Shown: positions 1 to 7,912 of the stretch, one piece after another | Layout of the letters: the number at the start of each line of letters is the position of its first letter | How positions within the stretch are numbered: the first letter of the stretch is position 1 | Position numbers and translations under genes: made by a program | Notes under the pieces: generated by a model | Told to the model about the DNA's origin: nothing | The model's database searches: none | Seen by the model: only the letters and a program-made list of their open reading frames with translations | Origin: Jiangellales bacterium | GTDB taxonomy: Bacteria; Actinomycetota; Actinomycetes; Jiangellales; Jiangellaceae | Direction: 5' to 3' | Length of the DNA stretch: 32,000 nucleotides | Assembly: GCA_038246785.1 (NCBI GenBank) | Contig: JBBRVP010000006.1 | Coordinates: 73,304-105,303 of the forward strand

Positions 1-1611
1 GCGTCGGCTCACGGCGGCATCGGCCGCGGAGCGCCGCGGCGCGGACCCGGCGAGCACGGCGAGAAACGTCGCCCGGTCGAGCGCATCGACGACGAGCGGC
101 CCGTCAGCGGTCACCGTCGCCGTGCGCGGGACGTCGCGGAGCAGGGCGATCTCGCCGAAGCCGTCGCCGCGGCCGAGCTCCCGGAGCCGCCGGCCGTCCT
201 GGGTCACCCGCGCCGTGCCGGACCGGATGAGGTAGAAGTCCGCTCCAGGCTCGCCCTGCCGCACGACCGCCCGGCCCGGCGCGACCGTCAGCGGTCGCAG
301 CCGCTGGTCGAGGCGTTCGAGCGCCCGTGGCGGCAGGCCGGCGAACAGCGGGTGCGCCGCCAGCCGGTCGTAGCCGTCGCCCGGGACGAGGGCCGCTGTG
401 TCGAGCCGGCGGATCCACGGCCACGCCGCGAGCCCGGCCGCCGGCAGCACGAGCCCGGCGAGGAGGAAGGCGCCGGTCACCCCAGCGAACGAGACGAGCA
501 GCCGGGCGAGGACGGCGCCCAGCGCCAGGGCCGCGGCCATCAGCGCCTCCTGCACGCCGAAGATCCGCGACATCACCTCGTCGCGCACCGAGCGTTGCAG
601 CAGCGTGCGGGCGCAGACGTCGAAGAAGGCCATGCCCGCTCCGGACGCCGCGAGCAGCGCCGCGGCTGATGCGACGAAGGAGCCCACCGGCAGGCTCAGG
701 GCGGCCAACGGAAGCCCGGTGGTGCACACCGCCACCGCGATTGCCGGTGCGAGCCGATCCCGGCGGACCAGGACGACGGTGGCGGCCCCGCCGGCGAGGG
801 CGCCGAGTCCCAGCGCGGACGTCAACGTCGCAGGACCCGCCGTGCCGGTGCCGAGCACCTCCAGGGCGAGCACGACGACCAGGACGTCGAGCATGCCGAG
901 CACGACGTAGCGTCCGGTGACCATGGCGATGAGCAGGGCCGCCGCCGGGTTGCGGGTCACCTCGCGGGCGCCCTGCAGGGCGTCGGCCAGCACCCGGGGG
1001 TGCCCGGCCGGGGGCAGCGCGTGCGGCACGCGTACGCGTCCGGCGACCAGGGCGGCACCGACGCACAGCACTCCCATCAGGGCGAAGACGGTGCCCGCGC
1101 CCGCCACCGCCAGGAGCACCGCACTCAGGGCCGGCCCGACGAAGGCCGCCGCGCCCTCGACCGTGCTCGAGCCCGCGTTGGCGGCGACGAGCTCGCCCGG
1201 CGTACCGGCGATCTCCGGCAGCAGCGCGGAGTGCACGGGGCGGGTCAGTGTCACCGCGCAGGTCACTGCCGCCCCGCCCGCCGCGACGAGCGCGAACGGC
1301 GCGTCGAGGACCAGCGCGAGGGCGGTCAGGACCATCGTGGCGCCCTGGAGGGCGTATCCGATCCGCAGCGCCGCCACGCGCGGCAGCCGGTCGCCGAGCG
1401 AGGCACCCACCGGCGCCACGACGATCGCCGGGAGCAGCTGGACGACGGCCACGGTGGCCGTCGCCGAGGCGCCGCCCTCCCCGTAGGCCCACACCAGCAG
1501 GGCGACCCAGGTGCTCCACTCGGCGGTGGTGAACACGGCGTACGCGAGCAGGACCCGGCGCAGCGCCGGGCTGGCCAGCCCGAGGCGCAGCGGTCTCCGT
1601 CTGCGGGTCAC
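1..1611 (-). CDS. MFS-type transporter fused to a C-terminal cyclic-nucleotide-binding domain (partial; the C-terminus lies beyond the left window edge)
   Basis: Absent from the supplied ORF track, because no stop falls inside the window. My reverse-complement translation from GTG at 1611-1609 reads VTRRRRPLRLGLASPALRRVLLAYAVFTTAEWSTWVALLVWAYGEGG... A series of hydrophobic helices typical of MFS follows. At roughly nt 340-1 it reads LAAHPLFAGLPPRALERL...GEPGADFYLIRSGTARV...GRGDGFGEIALLRDVPRTATV, a cNMP-binding signature (FGE.AL...R[ST]A). The frame stays open to position 1. Confidence 0.8.
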   Translation of the reverse strand, partial: MTRRRRPLRLGLASPALRRVLLAYAVFTTAEWSTWVALLVWAYGEGGASATATVAVVQLLPAIVVAPVGASLGDRLPRVAALRIGYALQGATMVLTALALVLDAPFALVAAGGAAVTCAVTLTRPVHSALLPEIAGTPGELVAANAGSSTVEGAAAFVGPALSAVLLAVAGAGTVFALMGVLCVGAALVAGRVRVPHALPPAGHPRVLADALQGAREVTRNPAAALLIAMVTGRYVVLGMLDVLVVVLALEVLGTGTAGPATLTSALGLGALAGGAATVVLVRRDRLAPAIAVAVCTTGLPLAALSLPVGSFVASAAALLAASGAGMAFFDVCARTLLQRSVRDEVMSRIFGVQEALMAAALALGAVLARLLVSFAGVTGAFLLAGLVLPAAGLAAWPWIRRLDTAALVPGDGYDRLAAHPLFAGLPPRALERLDQRLRPLTVAPGRAVVRQGEPGADFYLIRSGTARVTQDGRRLRELGRGDGFGEIALLRDVPRTATVTADGPLVVDALDRATFLAVLAGSAPRRSAADAAVSRR

Positions 1612-1630
1612 GCTCAGATGGTGCTCTCGG

Positions 1631-1663
1631 CCGCACGCGTGCGGTGGACTCGTTACGGTGGAC
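1631..1663. promoter_or_regulatory. Candidate operator in the 85-nt divergent MFS-cNMP / helD intergenic region
   Basis: Perfect 14-bp palindrome CCGCACGCGTGCGG at 1631-1644. Direct repeat CGGTGGAC at 1642-1649 and 1656-1663. The whole gap between the two start codons (1611 and 1697) is only 85 nt. Palindromes with 7-bp arms are expected a few times per window by chance at this GC, so the support is positional only. Confidence 0.25.
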
Positions 1664-1696
1664 GGCCGGCCGGTACGCAGCCCGGGAGGAGCGCAG

Positions 1697-4003
1697 GTGG
1701 AGCCAGGAGGCGTACGACCGGCCCCGGAAACGGTCGCCGACGAGATCGCCCACGAGCAGGGCGTCGTCGACGTGCTGTACGCGCGGCTCGACGAGCTGCG
1801 CACCCAGGCGGCGTCGCGGCTCGCCGAGGTGCTCCGCTCGCGGGCCGGCGGCAACGCGCAGAACCAGTCCGAGCGCGACTCGCTCGCCACGACGTACGAG
1901 GCCCGGGTGGCCCGGCTGTCCGCCGTGGAGGCGCGGCTCGCCTTCGGCCGGCTCGACCTGCGTGATGACGAGACCCGTTACATCGGCCGGATCGGGCTCT
2001 CCGACGACGACCAGCGCCAGCTGCTGCTGGACTGGCGGGCACGCGCGGCCGAGCCGTTCTACCAGGCCACCGCGGCCGCCGCCGGCGACGTGGTGCGTCG
2101 CCGACACCTCGCCCTGCACGAGCGCCGCGTCACCGGCGTCGAGGACGAGCTCCTGGACCTCGAGCGGGCCGGCCGCGCCGACGGCCTGGTGCTCAACGGC
2201 GAGGGCGCCCTCATGGCCGCGCTCGGCGAGCATCGTACGGGGCGCATGCGCGACATCGTCTCCACCATCCAGGCCGAGCAGGACTCGATCATCCGGTCCC
2301 CGATGGCGGGCGTGCTCGTCGTGCAGGGCGGTCCGGGCACCGGCAAGACCGCGGTGGCGTTGCACCGGGCGGCGTACCTGCTCTACACCTATCGCGAGCG
2401 GGCCCGCAGCGGTGTGCTCGTCGTCGGCCCGAGCCGGGTCTTCCTCCGCTACATCGAGCAGGTTCTCCCGTCGCTGGGGGAGACCGGGGTGGTGATGACC
2501 ACCCCGGGCCGGCTGTTCCCCGGGGTCGACGCCACGGCGAGCGAGGACCCGCGGGCGGCGCGGCTCAAGGGCGAGCTGCGCATGCTCCGCGTGCTGCGCC
2601 GGGCGGTGGCCGCCCGTCAGCGGGTGCCGTCGGCTCCTCGTCCGCTGCTGGTCGACGGGACGCGCATCGAGCTGGCCCCGACTGCCGTGGCCCAGGCGCG
2701 GGCCCGGGCCCGCCGGTCGCCGCGCCCGCACAACGCCGCCCGCGCCGGCTTCGTCGGTGACGTACTGCTCGAGCTGGCGCAGGCGCTGGCCGCGGCACGT
2801 GGCCGCGCCTTCGACCCCGAGGAGTGCGAGGACATGCTCGCCGACCTGCGCGAGAGCCCCGACGTTCGCCGCGAGGTCAACCTGTGCTGGATGCCGCTGA
2901 CGCCGCAGCGGCTGCTCGGGGAGCTGTGGGCAGACCCGGTGGCGCTGGCCGCGGCGGCGCCGTACCTGTCCGCCGATGACCGCCGACGGCTGAGTCGGCC
3001 GCGGGAGGCACCCTGGACCGCCGCCGACGTCCCGCTGCTCGACGAGCTGGCGGAGCTGCTCGGGGAGGACGACGCGGCGGCGCGCGCAGCGCGGCGCCGG
3101 GCGGCGGCGGAGCGCGGCGCCGAGCTTGCCTATGCCCGGGAAACGCTCGACGTCGTCGGCGCCGGCGGGCTGGTCGCCGCAGAGGTGCTCGCCGACCGGT
3201 TCGCCGAAGCCCACGAGGTGCCCAGCGTGGCCGAGCGCGCCGCGGGCGACCGCCGGTGGGTCTACGCCCACGTGGTCGTGGACGAGGCGCAGGAGCTGTC
3301 CCCGATGACCTGGCGGCTGCTCGTGCGGCGCTGCCCGAGCCGGTCGATGACGGTGGTCGGCGATCCTGCCCAGACCGCGTCGGAAGCGGGGGCCGGCTCG
3401 TGGGCGGAGGCGCTCGACCGCAACGCCCCCGGCCGGTGGCGGCTTGCCGAGCTCACCGTGAGCTATCGCACCCCAGCGGAGGTGCTGGCGGTGGCCTCCG
3501 ACGTACTCGCCGCTGCCGGGATCACCGTCCGGGCGCCGCGCTCCGCGCGCTCCGGCGAACCCCCGAGCGCAGTGCGCGCGACGAGGATTGGTCCGGGCGA
3601 CGACACCGGTGCGCTCGCCGAGGTGGTCAAGACCGAGTTGCAGGCCCTCGGCGAGGGCCGGCTGGCGGTCGTCGTCCCGCGCCACGGGTACCAGCCGCTG
3701 GCCGAGCGGCTGGCCGGCTCGCTGCCCCCCGGCGCCGTCGGCGCGGATCTCACCTCTCCGGTCACCGTGCTCGACGTCGAGCAGGTCAAGGGACTGGAGT
3801 TCGACACGGTGGTGCTCGTCGAGCCGGCCGCGGTCCTCGAGCAGTCGCGACGCGGCGCCAACGACCTCTACGTCGCCCTCACCCGCCCGACGCACCGGCT
3901 CGTCGTCGTCCACGCCCACCCGCTCCCGCCGGGGATGGGTGCCGTGAACCGCAGCGACGTCACTGTCCGGGTGGTCGAGAATCCGGCCGGAACCGGCCCA
4001 TAG
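1697..4003 (+). CDS. helD: HelD-like UvrD/Rep-superfamily helicase (RNA-polymerase-associated, actinobacterial type)
   Basis: Track ORF 1511..4003. I place the start at GTG 1697, which is in frame and sits 6 nt after the SD-like GGGAGGA at 1684-1690. Walker A is VVQGGPGTGKTAVALHRAAYLLY. Motif II-like is VVVDEAQELSPMTWRLL. The C-terminal helicase motifs are VEQVKGLEFDTVVLVEP and DLYVALTRPTHRLVVVH. The N-terminus IAHEQGVVDVLYARLDELR matches the HelD N-terminal coiled-coil region as I remember it. Confidence 0.85.
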   Translation: MEPGGVRPAPETVADEIAHEQGVVDVLYARLDELRTQAASRLAEVLRSRAGGNAQNQSERDSLATTYEARVARLSAVEARLAFGRLDLRDDETRYIGRIGLSDDDQRQLLLDWRARAAEPFYQATAAAAGDVVRRRHLALHERRVTGVEDELLDLERAGRADGLVLNGEGALMAALGEHRTGRMRDIVSTIQAEQDSIIRSPMAGVLVVQGGPGTGKTAVALHRAAYLLYTYRERARSGVLVVGPSRVFLRYIEQVLPSLGETGVVMTTPGRLFPGVDATASEDPRAARLKGELRMLRVLRRAVAARQRVPSAPRPLLVDGTRIELAPTAVAQARARARRSPRPHNAARAGFVGDVLLELAQALAAARGRAFDPEECEDMLADLRESPDVRREVNLCWMPLTPQRLLGELWADPVALAAAAPYLSADDRRRLSRPREAPWTAADVPLLDELAELLGEDDAAARAARRRAAAERGAELAYARETLDVVGAGGLVAAEVLADRFAEAHEVPSVAERAAGDRRWVYAHVVVDEAQELSPMTWRLLVRRCPSRSMTVVGDPAQTASEAGAGSWAEALDRNAPGRWRLAELTVSYRTPAEVLAVASDVLAAAGITVRAPRSARSGEPPSAVRATRIGPGDDTGALAEVVKTELQALGEGRLAVVVPRHGYQPLAERLAGSLPPGAVGADLTSPVTVLDVEQVKGLEFDTVVLVEPAAVLEQSRRGANDLYVALTRPTHRLVVVHAHPLPPGMGAVNRSDVTVRVVENPAGTGP

Positions 4004-4079
4004 ACCGCCACCAGGACAGTGACGTCGGACCTAGGATCGGGGTGCCTCGACCGACGTCAACGATCACCGGGAGTAGCCC

Positions 4080-4541
4080 ATGTCCGCCGACACACCCGCA
4101 GCCGCAACCACGACCGGTCCGGCTCGGACCGTCCGTGTCCTCGCCGTCCTCGTCATCCTCGCGGGGCTCGTGCTGGCCGCCGGCGGCGTGGTCACCTGGT
4201 TTGCCGTGCAGAACACGCTGGCCGACGAGAAGGTCACCGTCTCCGCGGACGCGGCGCACTTCGCCGGCCAGCCGGTCAACAGCGCCTGGACGGCGTACTC
4301 CGAGGCGCAGACCATCGAGAAGCACGCGCTGGAGGCCAGCGGCGGCAAGACCTACGCCGAGCTCGACCGCAATGACCCTGTCCGGGCGACCGTGGCGACC
4401 GGTTCGTTCCTGCGCGCCTCGCTGTTCACCTCCGTCGTGTCCTTCGGCGTGGCCGCGATGGCGATAGGCCTCGGTGTGGTCTTCGTGCTGATCGGCATCG
4501 CCCTGCTCCGCCTGGCGCGACCGCTGGCCGTGCGGGCCTGA
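4080..4541 (+). CDS. Small two-TM membrane protein, function unknown
   Basis: ATG at 4080 is preceded by GGGAG at 4068-4072. One N-terminal TM helix (VRVLAVLVILAGLVLAAGGVVTWF) and one C-terminal TM helix (VVSFGVAAMAIGLGVVFVLIGIALL) flank a soluble loop of about 90 aa. Confidence 0.75.
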   Translation: MSADTPAAATTTGPARTVRVLAVLVILAGLVLAAGGVVTWFAVQNTLADEKVTVSADAAHFAGQPVNSAWTAYSEAQTIEKHALEASGGKTYAELDRNDPVRATVATGSFLRASLFTSVVSFGVAAMAIGLGVVFVLIGIALLRLARPLAVRA

Positions 4542-4575
4542 CCAGGTCCGCGGTCCGGGCCGCGGTGCCCCGGGC

Positions 4576-5376
4576 CTAGTGCCCGAGCAGCTCCCGGACC
4601 TGCTGCGGGCCGAGCGCCCGTGCTGGCACCGCACCCGCGACGATCCGGCGGGTGAGCTCGCGGACCGGCAGCGGGCCGTCCGACGCGACGAGGACCACGT
4701 TGCCGAACCGCCGCCCGCGCAGGTGGGCGGTCTCCCCGACGAGCATGACCCGGCGGAAGGCGTCCAGCGCGGTGCGGGCCTCCGCGCGCACGAGCCGTAG
4801 CCCGGGCTTGTCGGCGACGTTGGCGACGTAAACACCGCCGCGCCGGAGGACGCGCACCACCTCGGCCAGGAACTGCGGGGTCGCCAGGTGGGCGGGGATG
4901 TCCTCGCCGAGGAACGTGTCGCGGACGACGACGTCGAAGCCGTCGGCGGGCAGCGTGCGCATGCCGTCGAGCGCGTCGGTCGCCTGGATGCGGAAGCCGG
5001 CGTCGCGCCGGCGCAGCGCGAACGCCTGTCGCGCCAGGTCGACGAGCGCGGCGTCGTGCTCGAGGACCAGCTGCCGCGAGCCGGGGCGGGTGGCGGTGAC
5101 GTAGCGGGGGAGGGTGCACCCGGCCCCGCCGAGGTGGAGCACCGACAGCGGCTCGCCGCGCGGAGCCAGCACGTCGAGCAGATCCCCGATCCAGCGGACG
5201 TACTCGAACTCCAGCCGGGTCGGGTCAGCCACGTCGACGTAGGAGGACGGGACCCCGTTGACGGTGACGAGCCAGCCGTCGGGGTCGTCGCGCAGGCCCT
5301 CGATCTGCGTCGTGCCGGTGTCGACGTCGTGGCTGCCGGCGAAGGCGGCCGGCTGCGGGTGAGGCTGCCGCGGCAT
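4576..5376 (-). CDS. Spermidine-synthase-like class I SAM-dependent methyltransferase/aminopropyltransferase family protein
   Basis: Track ORF of 266 aa. It carries the SAM-fold glycine-rich motif VLHLGGAGCTLPRY. FDVVVRDTF and LRRGGVYVANV match the spermidine-synthase-like fold pattern. Confidence 0.75.
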   Translation of the reverse strand: MPRQPHPQPAAFAGSHDVDTGTTQIEGLRDDPDGWLVTVNGVPSSYVDVADPTRLEFEYVRWIGDLLDVLAPRGEPLSVLHLGGAGCTLPRYVTATRPGSRQLVLEHDAALVDLARQAFALRRRDAGFRIQATDALDGMRTLPADGFDVVVRDTFLGEDIPAHLATPQFLAEVVRVLRRGGVYVANVADKPGLRLVRAEARTALDAFRRVMLVGETAHLRGRRFGNVVLVASDGPLPVRELTRRIVAGAVPARALGPQQVRELLGH

Positions 5377-5505
5377 GAGCAGACGCTAGAGCAGCCGTCA
5401 GCCGGCGGGCAGAGCAGACTGGGGACTGCGCCCCGCCCGGAATACTTGTCTGCGCAACCACTGTTGAGATGGTCGTCACGACCGTTCCAGCTCGAGGAGA
5501 CTCCC

Positions 5506-6510
5506 GTGCCCGCCGTCACCGTGCCCGATGTCACCGTGCTGGATCGCGTCCCCGCACCCGACCCCGCGACGGCCCTCCCGCGCCCGGTGCGCGGGATCAC
5601 CTCGGCCCCCAGCGGACTGGAGGGGGAGGGCTTCCCCGTACGCCGGGCGTTCGCCGGCGTGGACCTGCGCGCCCTCGACCCGTTCGTGCACATGGACCAG
5701 ATGGGCGAGGTGGAGTACGCCCCCGGCGAGCCGAAGGGCACACCCTGGCACCCGCACCGCGGCTTCGAGACCGTCACCTACATCATGGACGGGATCTTCG
5801 AGCACCAGGACTCCAACGGCGGGGGCGGCGTCATCACCGACGGCGACACCCAGTGGATGACCGCCGGTTCGGGCCTGCTGCACATCGAGCGGCCGCCGGA
5901 GCACCTCGTGGCGAGCGGCGGGCTGTTCCACGGCATCCAGCTGTGGGTCAACCTGCCGCGGGCGCTCAAGCTCGCGCCGCCGCGCTACCAGGACCTGCGC
6001 GGCCGGGAGAGCGCCCTGCTCAGCTCGGCGGACGGCGGCGCCCTGCTGCGTGTCATCGCCGGTGAGCTCGTCGGGCACACCGGTCCGGGCCGCACACACA
6101 CCCCGATCACGTTCATTCACACCACGATCAGCCCCGGCGCCTCGCTGCGGCTGCCGTGGCGCCCCGACTTCAACGCCCTCGTGTACGCGCTGTCCGGCAG
6201 CGGCACGGTCGGTGAGCAGCGGCACGCGATCCGCACCGGGCAGCTCGCCGTCCTCGGCGACGGCGGGTCGGTGACGATCGCCGCCGACCAGGCGCCGGAC
6301 AGCCGTACGCCGGCACTGGACGTGCTGCTGCTCGGCGGCCAGCCGATCCGCGAGCCGGTCGCCTGGGCCGGCCCGTTCGTCATGAACACCAAGGCGGAGG
6401 TCCTGCAGGCGTTCGAGGACTACCAGGCCGGGCGGCTCGGCACGATCCCGGCCGTGCACGGCGACATCCATGGGGCGCCGACTGGCATCGTCGAGGCGGA
6501 CCGCAGCTGA
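5506..6510 (+). CDS. Pirin family (bicupin) protein
   Basis: This is the 3' part of track ORF 4888..6510. The start is set at GTG 5506, 6 nt after GAGGAG at 5494-5499. Pirin signatures are FPVRRAF, DPFVHMDQMG, PWHPHRGFETVTYIMDG.FEHQDS.G and QLWVNLP. Confidence 0.9.
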   Translation: MPAVTVPDVTVLDRVPAPDPATALPRPVRGITSAPSGLEGEGFPVRRAFAGVDLRALDPFVHMDQMGEVEYAPGEPKGTPWHPHRGFETVTYIMDGIFEHQDSNGGGGVITDGDTQWMTAGSGLLHIERPPEHLVASGGLFHGIQLWVNLPRALKLAPPRYQDLRGRESALLSSADGGALLRVIAGELVGHTGPGRTHTPITFIHTTISPGASLRLPWRPDFNALVYALSGSGTVGEQRHAIRTGQLAVLGDGGSVTIAADQAPDSRTPALDVLLLGGQPIREPVAWAGPFVMNTKAEVLQAFEDYQAGRLGTIPAVHGDIHGAPTGIVEADRS

Positions 6511-6590
6511 GTCCCGCCGTCCGCGGCCTCGCGATCGACACGAGGCCGCTGCGCCACCTGCCGTTCCGGCGGCTGTTCGTCGGGCAGGGC

Positions 6591-7736
6591 GTGTCGGCCG
6601 TGGGCTTCCAGCTCACGGCCGTCGCCGTGCCCGTGCAGATGTACGCGGTCACCCGCTCGTCCTTCATGGTGGGGACACTCGGGCTGGCGGCCCTCGTGCC
6701 GCTCGTGCTGTTCGGCCTGTGGGGCGGCTCGGTCGCCGACGCGGTCGACCGGCGCCGCCTGCTCCTGGTCGCGTCCGCGGTCACCTGGTCGGCCACCCTG
6801 GGGCTGGTCGCGCAGGCCCTGCTGCTGTCCCGGAGCCCCGCCGTCCTGCTCGGGCTGACGGCTGTGCAGTCGGCCGGCTACGCGGTGTCGGCACCGACCC
6901 GGGCGGCGGTCGTCCCGCGGCTGGTGCCGATCGCCGAGGTGCCCTCGGCGAACACGCTGACGTTCACCGCCACGAGCCTGGGCTGGGTGGCGGGGCCGCT
7001 GCTCGCGGGGGTGGTCATCGCGCGCTTCGGCTACGCGGCGGCGTACGGCGTGGACGCGGCGCTGTTCACGGCGGCCCTGTACGCCGCGTACCGACTCCCG
7101 GCGCTGCCCCCACACGGGGAGACGACGGCGCCGGGCTGGCGCTCCGTGCTGGCCGGGCTGCGCTATGCGCTCGTGACGCCGGTGCTGCTCATGTCCTTCC
7201 TCGTCGACATCGTGGCCATGGTGCTCGCGATGCCGCGGGCCCTGTTCCCGCAGGCGGGCCAGCAGTGGTTCGGCGGCGGGGTGGCCGTCGGGTGGCTCTA
7301 TGCAGCCATCGCCATCGGGTCGCTGCTCGGCGGCCTGGTCTCGGGTTGGATCGGGACGGTCCGCCGGGTCGGCGTCGTGCTCACCGGCGCGATCGTCGTG
7401 TGGGGGCTCGCCGTCGCCGCGGCCGGGCTGACCCGCACGCTGTGGCTGTGCGTCGCGCTGCTGGCCGTGGCCGGAGCGGCCGACCTCGCCTCGGCGGTCT
7501 TCCGGCAGACGATCCTGCAGACCTACGCGCCAGACGTCATGCGCGGGCGGCTGCAGGGCATGTTCATCGTCGTCGTGGCCGGCGGACCTCGGCTCGGCGA
7601 CGTCCGAGCAGGGGCGAGCGAGGCGGCGTTCGGGCTGACCTGGGCGTGGGTGGGTGGCGGGCTGGCCTGCGCGGCGCTGGTCGTCGCGCTGGCACTTGCC
7701 GTCCCCACATTCCGCCGCTACGAGCGCCCGGCCTGA
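6591..7736 (+). CDS. MFS transporter (EntS/enterobactin-exporter-like); the true start is probably upstream of the first canonical start codon
   Basis: Track ORF of 381 aa with multiple TM helices. The same frame stays open upstream and encodes ...IDTRPLRHLPFRRLFVGQGVSAVGFQLT. That is the conserved N-terminal box of this MFS subfamily, yet the stretch has no ATG, GTG or TTG. A CTG at 6507-6509 overlaps the pirin TGA stop (CTGA). Confidence 0.8.
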   Translation: MSAVGFQLTAVAVPVQMYAVTRSSFMVGTLGLAALVPLVLFGLWGGSVADAVDRRRLLLVASAVTWSATLGLVAQALLLSRSPAVLLGLTAVQSAGYAVSAPTRAAVVPRLVPIAEVPSANTLTFTATSLGWVAGPLLAGVVIARFGYAAAYGVDAALFTAALYAAYRLPALPPHGETTAPGWRSVLAGLRYALVTPVLLMSFLVDIVAMVLAMPRALFPQAGQQWFGGGVAVGWLYAAIAIGSLLGGLVSGWIGTVRRVGVVLTGAIVVWGLAVAAAGLTRTLWLCVALLAVAGAADLASAVFRQTILQTYAPDVMRGRLQGMFIVVVAGGPRLGDVRAGASEAAFGLTWAWVGGGLACAALVVALALAVPTFRRYERPA

Positions 7737-7772
7737 GGCCCCGTCGTCAGGCCACGGCTCGACAGGAGACCC

Positions 7773-7804
7773 CGGTACGACACGCGGTACGGCGCGTCGT
7801 ACCG
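7773..7804 (+). terminator. GC-rich hairpin downstream of the MFS gene (possible intrinsic terminator, no U-tract)
   Basis: Left arm CGGTACGACACGC at 7773-7785, loop GGTACG at 7786-7791, right arm GCGCGTCGTACCG at 7792-7804. That gives a 13-bp stem with one A/C mismatch, starting 37 nt after the stop at 7736. Actinobacterial terminators often lack a T-tail. Confidence 0.4.
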
Positions 7805-7912
7805 CAGCCTCCACTCGGTCGTGGGGACCGGTGACCCCTGCGCCGGCCGAGCGTAAGGTCACGAGGAAGCGCGCGCAGGCCACAGCGAAACACGACGGCG
7901 AGGTGAGCGGTC

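Noticed and set aside
104-3919. 1271-aa minus-strand ORF, among the longest in the track
   Set aside because: The translation is Arg/Gly/Pro/Ala-rich low-complexity sequence with no family motifs. It lies antisense to the well-supported helD gene and out of frame with the real MFS-cNMP gene. This is a typical high-GC shadow ORF.
4020-4059. 9-bp inverted repeat (TGACGTCGG ... CCGACGTCA) just after the helD stop; possible terminator
   Set aside because: The loop is 22 nt, there is no T-tract and the stem is short. This is not distinguishable from chance in GC-rich DNA, so I did not call it a terminator.
4546-4560. 15-nt exact match (GTCCGCGGTCCGGGC) to the reverse complement of the hypA-upstream repeat at 21299-21313; possible third operator copy
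   Set aside because: I used a per-base match probability of about 0.3 at this GC and about 1e9 position pairs on both strands. On that basis roughly ten exact 15-mer matches per window are expected by chance. A single distant match is not evidence of a shared site.
3960-5777. 605-aa minus-strand ORF
   Set aside because: It is out of frame with the real methyltransferase gene (4576-5376) and antisense to the membrane-protein and pirin genes. The composition is low-complexity and Ser/Pro/Arg-rich.
6420-7883. 487-aa minus-strand ORF
   Set aside because: It is antisense to the MFS transporter. The translation is charged and low-complexity (R/D/E/Q/P/G), not protein-like.
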